Shown: piece after piece, positions 56,336 to 64,000 of the stretch
How the letters are laid out: each line of letters opens with the position of its first letter
How positions within the stretch are numbered: position 1 is the first letter of the stretch
Assembly (NCBI GenBank): GCA_050949645.1
Contig: JBMNGC010000001.1
Location: forward strand, 558,963 to 622,962
Length of the DNA: 64,000 nt
Origin: Thermoguttaceae bacterium
GTDB taxonomy: Bacteria > Planctomycetota > Planctomycetia > Pirellulales > Thermoguttaceae
Direction of reading: 5' to 3'
The notes under the pieces: generated by a model
Database searches by the model: none
Told to the model about the DNA's origin: nothing
The model's input: the letters and a program-made list of their open reading frames with translations, nothing else
Program-made: the position numbers and the translations under genes

Positions 56336-57709
56336 TCAGAAAAAAAGGTAGTTTTCGGCCTTGAGAAGTCTCGCGATTTCGTGGAGGTGGAATTTGAGTT
56401 CCTTGTCTTTTCTGAGGGCTTTCTCGAGGCCATTCGTCGCATGAATCATGGTCGAGTGATCACGATTGGAAAATTGGCGCCCGATTTCCTGGTAAGTCGC
56501 GTCTGTAAGTTGTCGGGCGAAGAAGACGACGCACTTTCGCGCGAGAACAAGCGTCTTTGTGCGTTTTTTACTGCGCATTTCTGAGACAGGTATGGCGAAG
56601 TATTTTGCGACCGTCTTGACAATTCTGTCAAGCGACCATGTGCGTTCGAATTTGCGTCGCACGAAGAAATTGTCGAGGGATTCAATCGAGAGGGGAGTTT
56701 TGGTCATAGCGGCTTCACTTGCGACTTGGACGAGCGCCGCGCAGATGGCGCCGATCGTCGGAGGAAGCCTTTGAGCGCATAGCTCGCGCATTTCGTCGGT
56801 CATTGGAAGCATTAACTTATCCACGACTCGGTCAACGACGACGCGTTGAGTTTCTTCCGTCGGCGAATTCGTTGGGATAAGGAGTCCGCTTGCGAGCCGC
56901 GCGGCGAGATCGGGCAGGAGCCCGTGAATTGTCGCAGGGTTGCGCGAGAACGATAGAATAACGAGCTTTTTGGCGCGAATGGCGGCGTCGAGAATTGGCA
57001 AAAACTCCTCCTGAGCGCTTTCACGCTCCGAGAGGAGATCTGCGTCTTCAATTGCAATGACGCGCGCCTGCGCAAAGAGACTCCTAAAGAGTTCCGTTTG
57101 GCGGCGTCTGATCGCGTCGGCAAGCGAACGAGCAAAATCGGATGCGGAGAGATAATAGAGCGTCTTTCGCGGTTCCAACACACGGCGACGTTGGCATATT
57201 CCTTCAATAACGCGAGTCTTTCCGGATCCACTGGGACCGTAAAAGACAAGGGGCGAGAGGTAGTCGAGATCTTCGAGCCGACGGTATCCCAGGATTTTTG
57301 GCGCCTGCTGCAAATTCGAGGTAGCGTTGAAACGCGCCATGTCAAAGAGGGGCGAAGCAGGAGACGACGTTGCATTTTCGCGATCAAAGAGGGCGTCAGT
57401 TTTGCCTTCCTGCGCGGCGCGAAAGAGAAATTCGATATCGGCGCGCGAAGGTTCTCGCATCGCAGTCTCGACGGGCTCAAGAGCGGTGGCGCCGATCGGA
57501 CGATCAAAGACGGGCGTCCCGTCAACCGCGAGTCTGTACGCAAGCTCCGCCAATCTATTTTCAGGTCCGACGAGAAATCCGCCGAGGAGTTCGTCTGAAG
57601 AAAAACGATTGGGAACAGGTTCGACCGTTTGCCCGTTTTCATCTGCTTGAAGCGGGAAAGACGGAAGCTCTAGAACTCGATAAATATCTGGATAGTTGAA
57701 CCTGGTCAA
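56336..57709 (-). CDS. DnaA-family AAA+ protein (domain III plus domain IV; domains I-II absent)
   Basis: FLVGPENRLAELA box, Walker A GPSGSGKT, Walker B IAIEDADLL, and a domain IV-like C-terminus VLARKCVVFFARQLTDATYQEIGRQFSNRDHSTMIHA. Confidence 0.7.
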   Translation of the reverse strand: MTRFNYPDIYRVLELPSFPLQADENGQTVEPVPNRFSSDELLGGFLVGPENRLAELAYRLAVDGTPVFDRPIGATALEPVETAMREPSRADIEFLFRAAQEGKTDALFDRENATSSPASPLFDMARFNATSNLQQAPKILGYRRLEDLDYLSPLVFYGPSGSGKTRVIEGICQRRRVLEPRKTLYYLSASDFARSLADAIRRRQTELFRSLFAQARVIAIEDADLLSERESAQEEFLPILDAAIRAKKLVILSFSRNPATIHGLLPDLAARLASGLLIPTNSPTEETQRVVVDRVVDKLMLPMTDEMRELCAQRLPPTIGAICAALVQVASEAAMTKTPLSIESLDNFFVRRKFERTWSLDRIVKTVAKYFAIPVSEMRSKKRTKTLVLARKCVVFFARQLTDATYQEIGRQFSNRDHSTMIHATNGLEKALRKDKELKFHLHEIARLLKAENYLFF

Positions 57710-57762
57710 TTTACTATTACGCGATCTAATGAAGCAAGGGCAGCGACGCCTGGCGGTTAAGT

Positions 57763-58287
57763 TTAATCCCTGGTGGTAAAATCGACGTCAATCGGTTCCT
57801 CGTCAAGATTAGAGGAGAGGGGTTCGTACGTGTTCTGAACGTCGACGTCAATAATTGGGTCGGAAGGGGTTCCGTTTCGACGATATGACGTCTTATGACT
57901 ATTGCTGTCGAAGCTCCATGTTTTGAATACGGAAAAACTTCCGCCAGCGGTCTTATAGAGATCTATCCGGCAAAGTTTAAAGAAGCCAAGGAGCAGATTT
58001 CTCGTTAAAGGAATCGCGATAAGAAGTCCCAAAAGATCGGTGACAAAACCTGGTAAAATGAGCGCGAACGCGCCGAGATTACCAAAGAGGTAGTTTTTTA
58101 GCGAATTCTCTGAGAGGCCCGACGAACCGAAAATGGGGCCGCGGCGTTGAAGCCTGAGGACGATGATTCCTAATGCCGTCGTCGCGATGGTCAAAAGAAA
58201 CGCTGTTTCCCAAGAAGTGGCCCGAGCGACCAAAATAAAAACAAAGATCTCAACGAAGGGATAGAGTAAAAACGCCAGCAAAAACAT
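57763..58287 (-). CDS. fxsA: FxsA-family inner-membrane protein
   Basis: N-terminus MFLLAFLLYPFVEIFVFILVA...TALGIIVLRLQ is typical of FxsA. Three to four TM helices, then a soluble tail. Confidence 0.75.
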   Translation of the reverse strand: MFLLAFLLYPFVEIFVFILVARATSWETAFLLTIATTALGIIVLRLQRRGPIFGSSGLSENSLKNYLFGNLGAFALILPGFVTDLLGLLIAIPLTRNLLLGFFKLCRIDLYKTAGGSFSVFKTWSFDSNSHKTSYRRNGTPSDPIIDVDVQNTYEPLSSNLDEEPIDVDFTTRD

Positions 58288-58726
58288 TTTTCTATGAACC
58301 TCGGCTCGCTGAAGATCATTTTATTCGGTCGGATTTGTATGGTGGACCGATCAGACGCGCCATGCGACGGCTCGACACGCGCGTGGCCGAACGCAGGTCG
58401 CAATGTCGTTAATTATAATCGAGGTTTTGGTTTCTTTCAACTCATTCATATGCTGTTGGACTTTGCTTTCGAACGCTTCTACGACCTACGTAACAGTTTT
58501 TTTAAGGAGAACCCTTCGAAACGATTTTATAGTCAGAGCTAGCAAAGGCGTTATATGGCTCGTTTTGTGAATAAAAGACGCTAAAGATAAAAATAAACTA
58601 ATAAAAACGCTCGTTACAGTCGATATGAACCACAGGATCTTCTTTATCAGACGCGAACGGCGTTATGAGAAAACGAAGAGCCCGTCAGGTTATAATCGGA
58701 CGCCTTAATAAGAAAGAAGTCGAGCG

Positions 58727-61261
58727 ATGATCAGATATACGTTTAATAAGCAGCGCAGAGCGCAGTTAGCGATCGTGTTGTCGCTGCTCTTAACCGCGCC
58801 TATTGGCGTAAAGGATTGCTGGGGACAGGCGGCCGGATTTGCACAGTCCCGTGGCGATATTCCAGCGACTGCAGAAAGCGGACCTCGCAGAGGGCTCCTT
58901 TCGCAGATCAATCCTTTCAACAGGTCGGCCGAGCAGAACGCTCAAGTCGTCGATTCAACAACGATCTCGCAGCCGTTTGCAATGAATATGCCGTTGGGGC
59001 TTTTTTCGCAGCGAACCCAACAGACTCCTATGCCCGTGCAGCGACCCGCCGCGACCGACGCGCCACCGACGACGCCACCCGCGCCTCAACCGTCGAGTTT
59101 AGCTGGAGTTTCCAGCGCTCGGGAATCAACGGCTACAGCCGGCTCTATGCGTTCAGTTCTTGCCGGGAGCGGTCTAGGGAGCTCCTCCACTGGCGTTGCT
59201 AACGCTAAATTGAGCGGAACAGGGGGGGTGGCCTCGTTACTCCTCGACGAGCTTGAAGAAAACGCCGATACGCCAATCGAAACGAACGCCGACGCGATCT
59301 CGCAGCCCTCGAAGAAGCCCGTTCGACGCAGCTTGCGTTCCGATTCATTTCCATCCTCGCTTGAACTTCTCGACGACGATATTGAGAGCGACGACGAGCC
59401 TGAGCGACGTGGTTTGAGTAGCAAGGGAAGGCTTGACGGCGTCCTTACGACTGACGACGAATTAAGCGGCATGCTCGACGAAGACGTGGACGAAAGCGAG
59501 TTCCTTGACGAGGAGGCAGAATTCGATGAAGACTTTGACGAAGACGAATCGCCTGTCGCTGTTGCAATCGCCGTCGACGAGCCTGTCGTTAAGAAAAGGG
59601 TTAAAGGACCTTCCTTGCCTGAAGTAGACAAGAAGACGCCGCAAGCGACAACTGACCCCGTCATGGAAGACGAGCTTCTTGAAGCTAGTCCTGTCGGCAA
59701 GCCTTCTGATAATTTGGAAGAAATATCTAATTCTATCGACGAACGTCTTGAAGATGTTTTCGCTCCGCCCGTGAAGCAATCAACGACCGACGGGGCGCTC
59801 TCGCAGGGGCGCACCCCGAATATAGAGGTCAAAACGCTTGGTCCGCGTAAACTTACGGTCGGTCAGTCTTCCACCTATACGATTCGAGTAAGGAACGTCG
59901 GGACTGAAGTCGCGCGCAAGCTTGTCGTAACGACGAAGCTGCCGGACAATGTCGTCGATCTTCACGCGAAACCTAGCGTTGGCAACGCGTCGATCCAGAA
60001 TGCAGTTTCAGCAAGCTCATCGAACCGCTGCGTGTGGAATGTTGGTACGCTCAGCGCCGGCGACGAGCAGACGTTGACGCTTGATATAACTCCGACGAAG
60101 CGTGCGTCTTTTGAACTTGTGAGCAGTTTTGACTTTGAACATGCTTCCGCTTTTGCCAAAGTTGAGGTGCAGGAGCCGATCTTGGAAGCTCTAATTGAAG
60201 GACGCGATTCGATCGAGTGGGGGGTCGAAGATCGTTATCGGCTTCGTCTTCGCAATGTCGGTAATGGAGACGCGGAAGACGTCGTTCTTAACGTCTCGAC
60301 GGGCGAGAATGACGCGTCGCAGCGGATCGGCCTTTTGCGAGCTGGCGAAGAGAAGACTGTAGAGATGTCGGTCAAGACTATTTCGGAGGATTTCTTCACG
60401 ATCGACGTTCATGTTGTCGGCGCGTTCGGGCTCGAAGCGCGCGCAGCGAAGAAGGTCGCCACCCTCCGCGGCAAGCCTAGCGTTACTGTCAGTACGCCCG
60501 ATCTGCAGTTTGTCGACGGCGAGTTTGAGGCAATTGTTCATGTCAGAAACAATGGCAACGCCACGCTTAAGGACGTTGACGTCGTTGTGCAGTTTCCAAG
60601 CGGGGTCGAGGCGCTACGTAGCTCTAACCAGGCGCGGCGTAACGACAATAAACGCCGTATATACTGGGTTGCGCCTTTCATTCGACCTGATGAGGAAATC
60701 ACATTTAGCGTCCTCTGCCGAGTTAACGCGGCGGGAAACGCAAAATTCGAAGCGGTCGCGGTTGATAAGTCGGGACTTGTCGCACAGGCGCGATCTGTCG
60801 TGAACGTGGAGTCCATTGCGCTTTTGGCGATGCGCGTTAATGCGCCAAAGGATCCAGTTGCGGTTGGCGCGACTTGCGTTTACGAGCTCGTCGTAGAGAA
60901 CAACGGAACGTGCGACGCGTACGATATCAATACGGGCGTATTCCTGGGTTCCGGAATGAAGCCTCTCATGGTAGAAGATAATCGCGGGTACGTTTACGAA
61001 GAAGATTCGAAGGCGCTCTTCAAGAAGATCGACTGTTTGAGAGCCGGCGAGTCGATCGCGTTCCGAGTTCGAGCTGAAGCGCTGGCGCCTGGCAACCAGA
61101 AAGTTCAGGCGATGTTGCAGTCGACGACGGAAGACGTGAGCCTCTTGAGTGAGGAAACGACATACTGCTACTCTCGGCGCAGTACAGGCGCGCCGGGCGT
61201 TGAGTCGACCGGAAAGACGATGACGGCAACGCGACCAGAGTCCTCGTCAATGCTGAAATGA
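58727..61261 (+). CDS. Secreted protein with a Pro-rich/acidic linker and four DUF11/CARDB-like beta-sandwich repeats
   Basis: Signal peptide present. The low-complexity region is P/T-rich, then D/E-rich. The repeats each contain a [RVE]N.G motif: TIRVRNVGTEVARKLVV, LRLRNVGNGDAEDVVL, VHVRNNGNATLKDVDV, LVVENNGTCDAYDINT. Confidence 0.7.
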   Translation: MIRYTFNKQRRAQLAIVLSLLLTAPIGVKDCWGQAAGFAQSRGDIPATAESGPRRGLLSQINPFNRSAEQNAQVVDSTTISQPFAMNMPLGLFSQRTQQTPMPVQRPAATDAPPTTPPAPQPSSLAGVSSARESTATAGSMRSVLAGSGLGSSSTGVANAKLSGTGGVASLLLDELEENADTPIETNADAISQPSKKPVRRSLRSDSFPSSLELLDDDIESDDEPERRGLSSKGRLDGVLTTDDELSGMLDEDVDESEFLDEEAEFDEDFDEDESPVAVAIAVDEPVVKKRVKGPSLPEVDKKTPQATTDPVMEDELLEASPVGKPSDNLEEISNSIDERLEDVFAPPVKQSTTDGALSQGRTPNIEVKTLGPRKLTVGQSSTYTIRVRNVGTEVARKLVVTTKLPDNVVDLHAKPSVGNASIQNAVSASSSNRCVWNVGTLSAGDEQTLTLDITPTKRASFELVSSFDFEHASAFAKVEVQEPILEALIEGRDSIEWGVEDRYRLRLRNVGNGDAEDVVLNVSTGENDASQRIGLLRAGEEKTVEMSVKTISEDFFTIDVHVVGAFGLEARAAKKVATLRGKPSVTVSTPDLQFVDGEFEAIVHVRNNGNATLKDVDVVVQFPSGVEALRSSNQARRNDNKRRIYWVAPFIRPDEEITFSVLCRVNAAGNAKFEAVAVDKSGLVAQARSVVNVESIALLAMRVNAPKDPVAVGATCVYELVVENNGTCDAYDINTGVFLGSGMKPLMVEDNRGYVYEEDSKALFKKIDCLRAGESIAFRVRAEALAPGNQKVQAMLQSTTEDVSLLSEETTYCYSRRSTGAPGVESTGKTMTATRPESSSMLK

Positions 61262-61284
61262 ATGTGACTTAAGGAAATATGAAG

Positions 61285-61322
61285 ATGGCAGCGCTGCCAG
61301 TAGGGAGCGCTGCCATTTTTTT
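61285..61322 (+). terminator. Intrinsic terminator of the DUF11-repeat gene
   Basis: 11-bp stem ATGGCAGCGCT / AGCGCTGCCAT with a 10-nt loop, followed by T7. Confidence 0.75.
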
Positions 61323-61381
61323 GACGCGTATTCGCAGTTTGATTTGCAAGTGAGTTTTTTATTGAGTTTTTTCTTTGCGAC

Positions 61382-61409
61382 TTGACACGCCCGGGGCGGC
61401 CGTTAGAAT
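61382..61409 (+). promoter_or_regulatory. Near-consensus sigma70-type promoter
   Basis: TTGACA (61382-61387), a 16-nt spacer, then TAGAAT (61404-61409). It lies 60 nt after the preceding terminator and about 300 nt upstream of ATG 61717. Confidence 0.55.
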
Positions 61410-61716
61410 ACGGTAAGCCGGGGGATCAACTATCCCTACAGTAATATCAGGTCCTTAGACCGTTCCGTTCTACCACGAACATAAACTATACGCGACTAAG
61501 TACACGCGACGGGGCGCGGTTTCTTCCCCGGATTGTGATCTTTGCTAAAATCTAGGTTTGCCAGTTGATTCGTGTTGGCTTTTATCCCTCATGCGATTGT
61601 TGGAAACGCGGTTATGCGCCCGGCTTTTGTAGGGTGTTCAGACGAAATTGAGCGCAGTTGACGAAGGTAAAAGATCATGTCGCGACAGAGTCTCTATGAA
61701 AGCAGAGTAGATAAGA

Positions 61717-64000
61717 ATGCAAGACGATAACGACAACTTCCTGGGTTCTGAAAAGACTTCCAGTAACGGCGCTGAGTATTCCGACGGCTCTTCTCGGGCT
61801 TTTTATAGAACCGGCGAAGCGCGCCGCAATGCCTGGAATCGCGATCGTGCGGAATCATCCAAGTCCTTTGGTTCCTCTCGCTCTTTAGCAAACGGAGACG
61901 AATACAGGCGACTTTTAAGAGTTGTAAACGAAGTGTTGAACCTCACGTTCCCACTTAAGACTCTCTTTACACCGGTAGAATTTGACTGCTTTCGCAAGGA
62001 AGTCTCGGAAGCTCTACCTGAACTCAACGACGTCGACTTCCTTGCTGCGATCATTGGTAAGAACGCCGATCTCTCGACTCAAGAAAAGATTGATAACGAG
62101 ATCGACGCGATCTTAAAAAAGCTGTTCTTCCATGCAGGCGGCACCCTGATTGGTTGTCTTGAGCCGCACTCCGAGCGTACCGAGGAGAGCGTTCGGGATT
62201 ATATTCTTCGTCACGGCGCAGCGATTGGATACCTCATTGGAAGACCGCAGAGTTCTCCCGACGACCTCTATCTGGCCAAGTATTTCCACAAATATCTCGA
62301 TGATTTCAACGCCGCAGAGGGCCATTACGGGCCCCCCGTCCCCCAGGAAGAACTTGAACAAGAAGAGGATGAAGTTTTTCCATGGGATGGTACCGTCGGT
62401 AAGGCGTTGGATCTCGCCGTTTGGTATTTTGACGGCGAACCGCTTACGCCTGAAGAATTTGCAACGTTCAGAAGGTTGTTCTTCCTGAGATCGGAACCTG
62501 AATCGTCGGAACGCTCCGCGAGCTCTTGTGAAGAACTTGTTGCAGAGGTCAATGACGCAGTCGAAGAAACATATTCTGCGGAAGATTTCTTCGAGGTCGA
62601 AACGCTCGACGACGTTTATGAATACCTTGATAGTAAGATTTTGCTCGACGAGATGACGGAATCGACGATGGACGAAATCACGGGGTTGATTCTCGCCGCT
62701 ATCGGCGCGAGATTTAATCCATCGGATACTGAAGAAATCGATTCCGATTCCGATTTTGACGTTGAATATTGCCTGATTGCTAGACACACCTTGCAGACGA
62801 GTTTCTCCAATAGGCGTTTCAGTATTCGCGACGACCTTAGTGATTTCCGCAGCGAACTACTCCGCATTGCTGGGCCTCGCTCGGATGAAAGCGTAATCAC
62901 CGTTCCCGTCGCTCGTGAATATTTTGAAAGAGTCGGCGGCGTCTTTTATGACGCTCCCACCGACGACGCCTCTGAAGAGCCCGCTTTGACACGCAGCGAA
63001 CTAATTAGAAAAGTTCTTGCAGACAGGTTTCCTCAGGGGCTTAACCTGTTTGATTCGGTGGCTCTTGAAGAATTTCGCAACTTCGCTCGAAAGGAAAAAT
63101 GCGACAAATTTGACTTTGAGACGGAGGACTCGAAGTTGCGCAACGTCATTGCGCGCTTCTCAACGGTCTGCCGTGTTACTTCAGCTGATGGGACTGAGGA
63201 AAATTTCCTTGCATTCTTTCTTCCCGAAAAGTATAGACCTCTCCTCGAACTTAAGATCGAGGCCACAGTACGGGTCGGGGCGAAGATTGTTTACTATGAA
63301 ACTTTCTTTGAGAAGAATGAAAGCGAGTTTAAGGAAAATAACATTCCCAACTGGCAAGTCCTTAAAACCTTTATTGCTGAGCTCTTCCCGGAATACGTGT
63401 TTTATGAACGCTATTACGAGGCGAAACCTTCGTCTGAGCCTGAACTAGTCAAGATTCGCGGTGAAATTAAGCGGCTTTGGGGGAGTGGAACCATCGTCAC
63501 GCCTGAATTCATAGCGAAGTATGGCTTTGTTCCTCTTGAGCGCCTCGAGCACGCTTTCGAAACGGATAGTTACGCTTTCGAACGCCGAGACGACGGTTAT
63601 GCCTGCAAAGAGGACTCTGAGCCCGTCGACGATGAGTTGAGCGAGAAATTCCTGGCGTCTCTTGACGAGGTTGCTGAAGACGAAGGGATCGACGGTAAAG
63701 GTCTTTTGGCGCGAACCAACGAAGATTTTAAGCAAAAGACAGACTCATGGTTATCGCCTTCTTCTGAGAAGAAATCCAAGACGACCGAAAAGGCGACTCC
63801 TGCAACGAAGAAAACTGACGGGCCAAAGAAGCGCGCCGCTGCGAGCAAAAAGACGGGTAAGGGACGTTCTTCTGCATGGCGCAAACAAGCTAATGTGGCA
63901 GCGCGTATCCTTTCGAATAATTTCAAAGAAGGATTGGACGTCACGGATTCCTCTTCACTCGAACTTTTCCGAAAAACTGCGGAGAAGAATGGTTTGAAGA
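61717..64000 (+). CDS. Large acidic protein of unknown function, 3'-truncated by the window end (not in the supplied ORF track)
   Basis: I translated frame 1 by hand. ATG 61717 follows the in-frame stop TAG at 61708-61710. From there 761 sense codons run to 63999 with no stop. The sequence starts MQDDNDNFLGSEKTSS... and has protein-like composition. I saw no TM segment, no signal peptide and no recognisable catalytic motif. Confidence 0.7.
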   Translation, partial: MQDDNDNFLGSEKTSSNGAEYSDGSSRAFYRTGEARRNAWNRDRAESSKSFGSSRSLANGDEYRRLLRVVNEVLNLTFPLKTLFTPVEFDCFRKEVSEALPELNDVDFLAAIIGKNADLSTQEKIDNEIDAILKKLFFHAGGTLIGCLEPHSERTEESVRDYILRHGAAIGYLIGRPQSSPDDLYLAKYFHKYLDDFNAAEGHYGPPVPQEELEQEEDEVFPWDGTVGKALDLAVWYFDGEPLTPEEFATFRRLFFLRSEPESSERSASSCEELVAEVNDAVEETYSAEDFFEVETLDDVYEYLDSKILLDEMTESTMDEITGLILAAIGARFNPSDTEEIDSDSDFDVEYCLIARHTLQTSFSNRRFSIRDDLSDFRSELLRIAGPRSDESVITVPVAREYFERVGGVFYDAPTDDASEEPALTRSELIRKVLADRFPQGLNLFDSVALEEFRNFARKEKCDKFDFETEDSKLRNVIARFSTVCRVTSADGTEENFLAFFLPEKYRPLLELKIEATVRVGAKIVYYETFFEKNESEFKENNIPNWQVLKTFIAELFPEYVFYERYYEAKPSSEPELVKIRGEIKRLWGSGTIVTPEFIAKYGFVPLERLEHAFETDSYAFERRDDGYACKEDSEPVDDELSEKFLASLDEVAEDEGIDGKGLLARTNEDFKQKTDSWLSPSSEKKSKTTEKATPATKKTDGPKKRAAASKKTGKGRSSAWRKQANVAARILSNNFKEGLDVTDSSSLELFRKTAEKNGLK

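Noticed and set aside
56812-57642. 276-aa alternative-frame ORF on the same strand as the DnaA-like gene.
   Set aside because: It is an S/R/L-rich overlapping frame without motifs. The other frame carries Walker A/B and DnaA domain IV signatures.
61410-61716. Leader region considered as a known structured RNA (tmRNA, RNase P RNA, SRP/4.5S, 6S, common riboswitches).
   Set aside because: None of the signature sequences are present. There is no GAGGAAAGTCCGGGC-type P4 element, no tRNA-like 3' end with T-arm, no GGAAGCAGCC SRP motif, and no recognisable riboswitch core.
62113-62787. 224-aa minus-strand ORF, the longest ORF the track lists in the last 2.3 kb.
   Set aside because: It is antisense to the uninterrupted 761-codon plus-strand frame. 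Its composition is R/F/K-rich and shadow-like.

Overview
This is a dense 64-kb chromosomal segment with mid-range GC (judged by eye, not computed). I support about 35 protein genes, one tRNA-Ser(UGA), several clear intrinsic terminators and a few near-consensus sigma70-type promoters. I saw no rRNA, CRISPR array, transposase or prophage module.

Gene content is housekeeping plus envelope functions:
- Housekeeping: metX-metW fusion, folD, ftsK, a DnaA-family paralog, fxsA, a Xer recombinase, a FliA-type sigma factor, a rhomboid protease and a tricorn-like protease.
- Efflux and outer membrane: a split MacAB-like ABC system, an RND pump with adaptor and a divergent TolC-like gene, and a very large LptD-like protein.
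- Glycan use: a BNR sialidase-like protein, rhamnulokinase, a GH78 alpha-L-rhamnosidase and an unassigned secreted glycosidase-like protein.

Several features suggest a PVC-superphylum, probably Planctomycetota, genome. This is inference only. The features are a 1648-aa Cna-B/FG-GAP protein with a basic N-terminus followed by LEKREYLAADPI, a PD40/CxxCH HzsA-related protein, the oversized LptD and weak Shine-Dalgarno usage.

I cannot demonstrate a complete novel multi-gene system from sequence alone. The candidates most worth a second look are:
1. A 761+ codon ORF (61717 to the window end) that is absent from the supplied ORF track because it has no stop in the window. It has its own terminator-insulated consensus promoter and a ~300-nt leader containing a uORF, and I recognise no domain in it.
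2. A secreted discoidin/PD40/di-CxxCH gene (36518..39852) whose discoidin domain is split across two frames. Removing 101 nt would rejoin it exactly.
3. A MacA-type adaptor carrying a ~540-aa C-terminal extension with two canonical EF-hand loops.
4. A solitary beta-class (Type III Mod-like) DNA methyltransferase with no Res partner.
5. A DnaA-family paralog that lacks domains I-II and carries an insertion.

Many long antisense ORFs in the track are shadows of real genes and were rejected.
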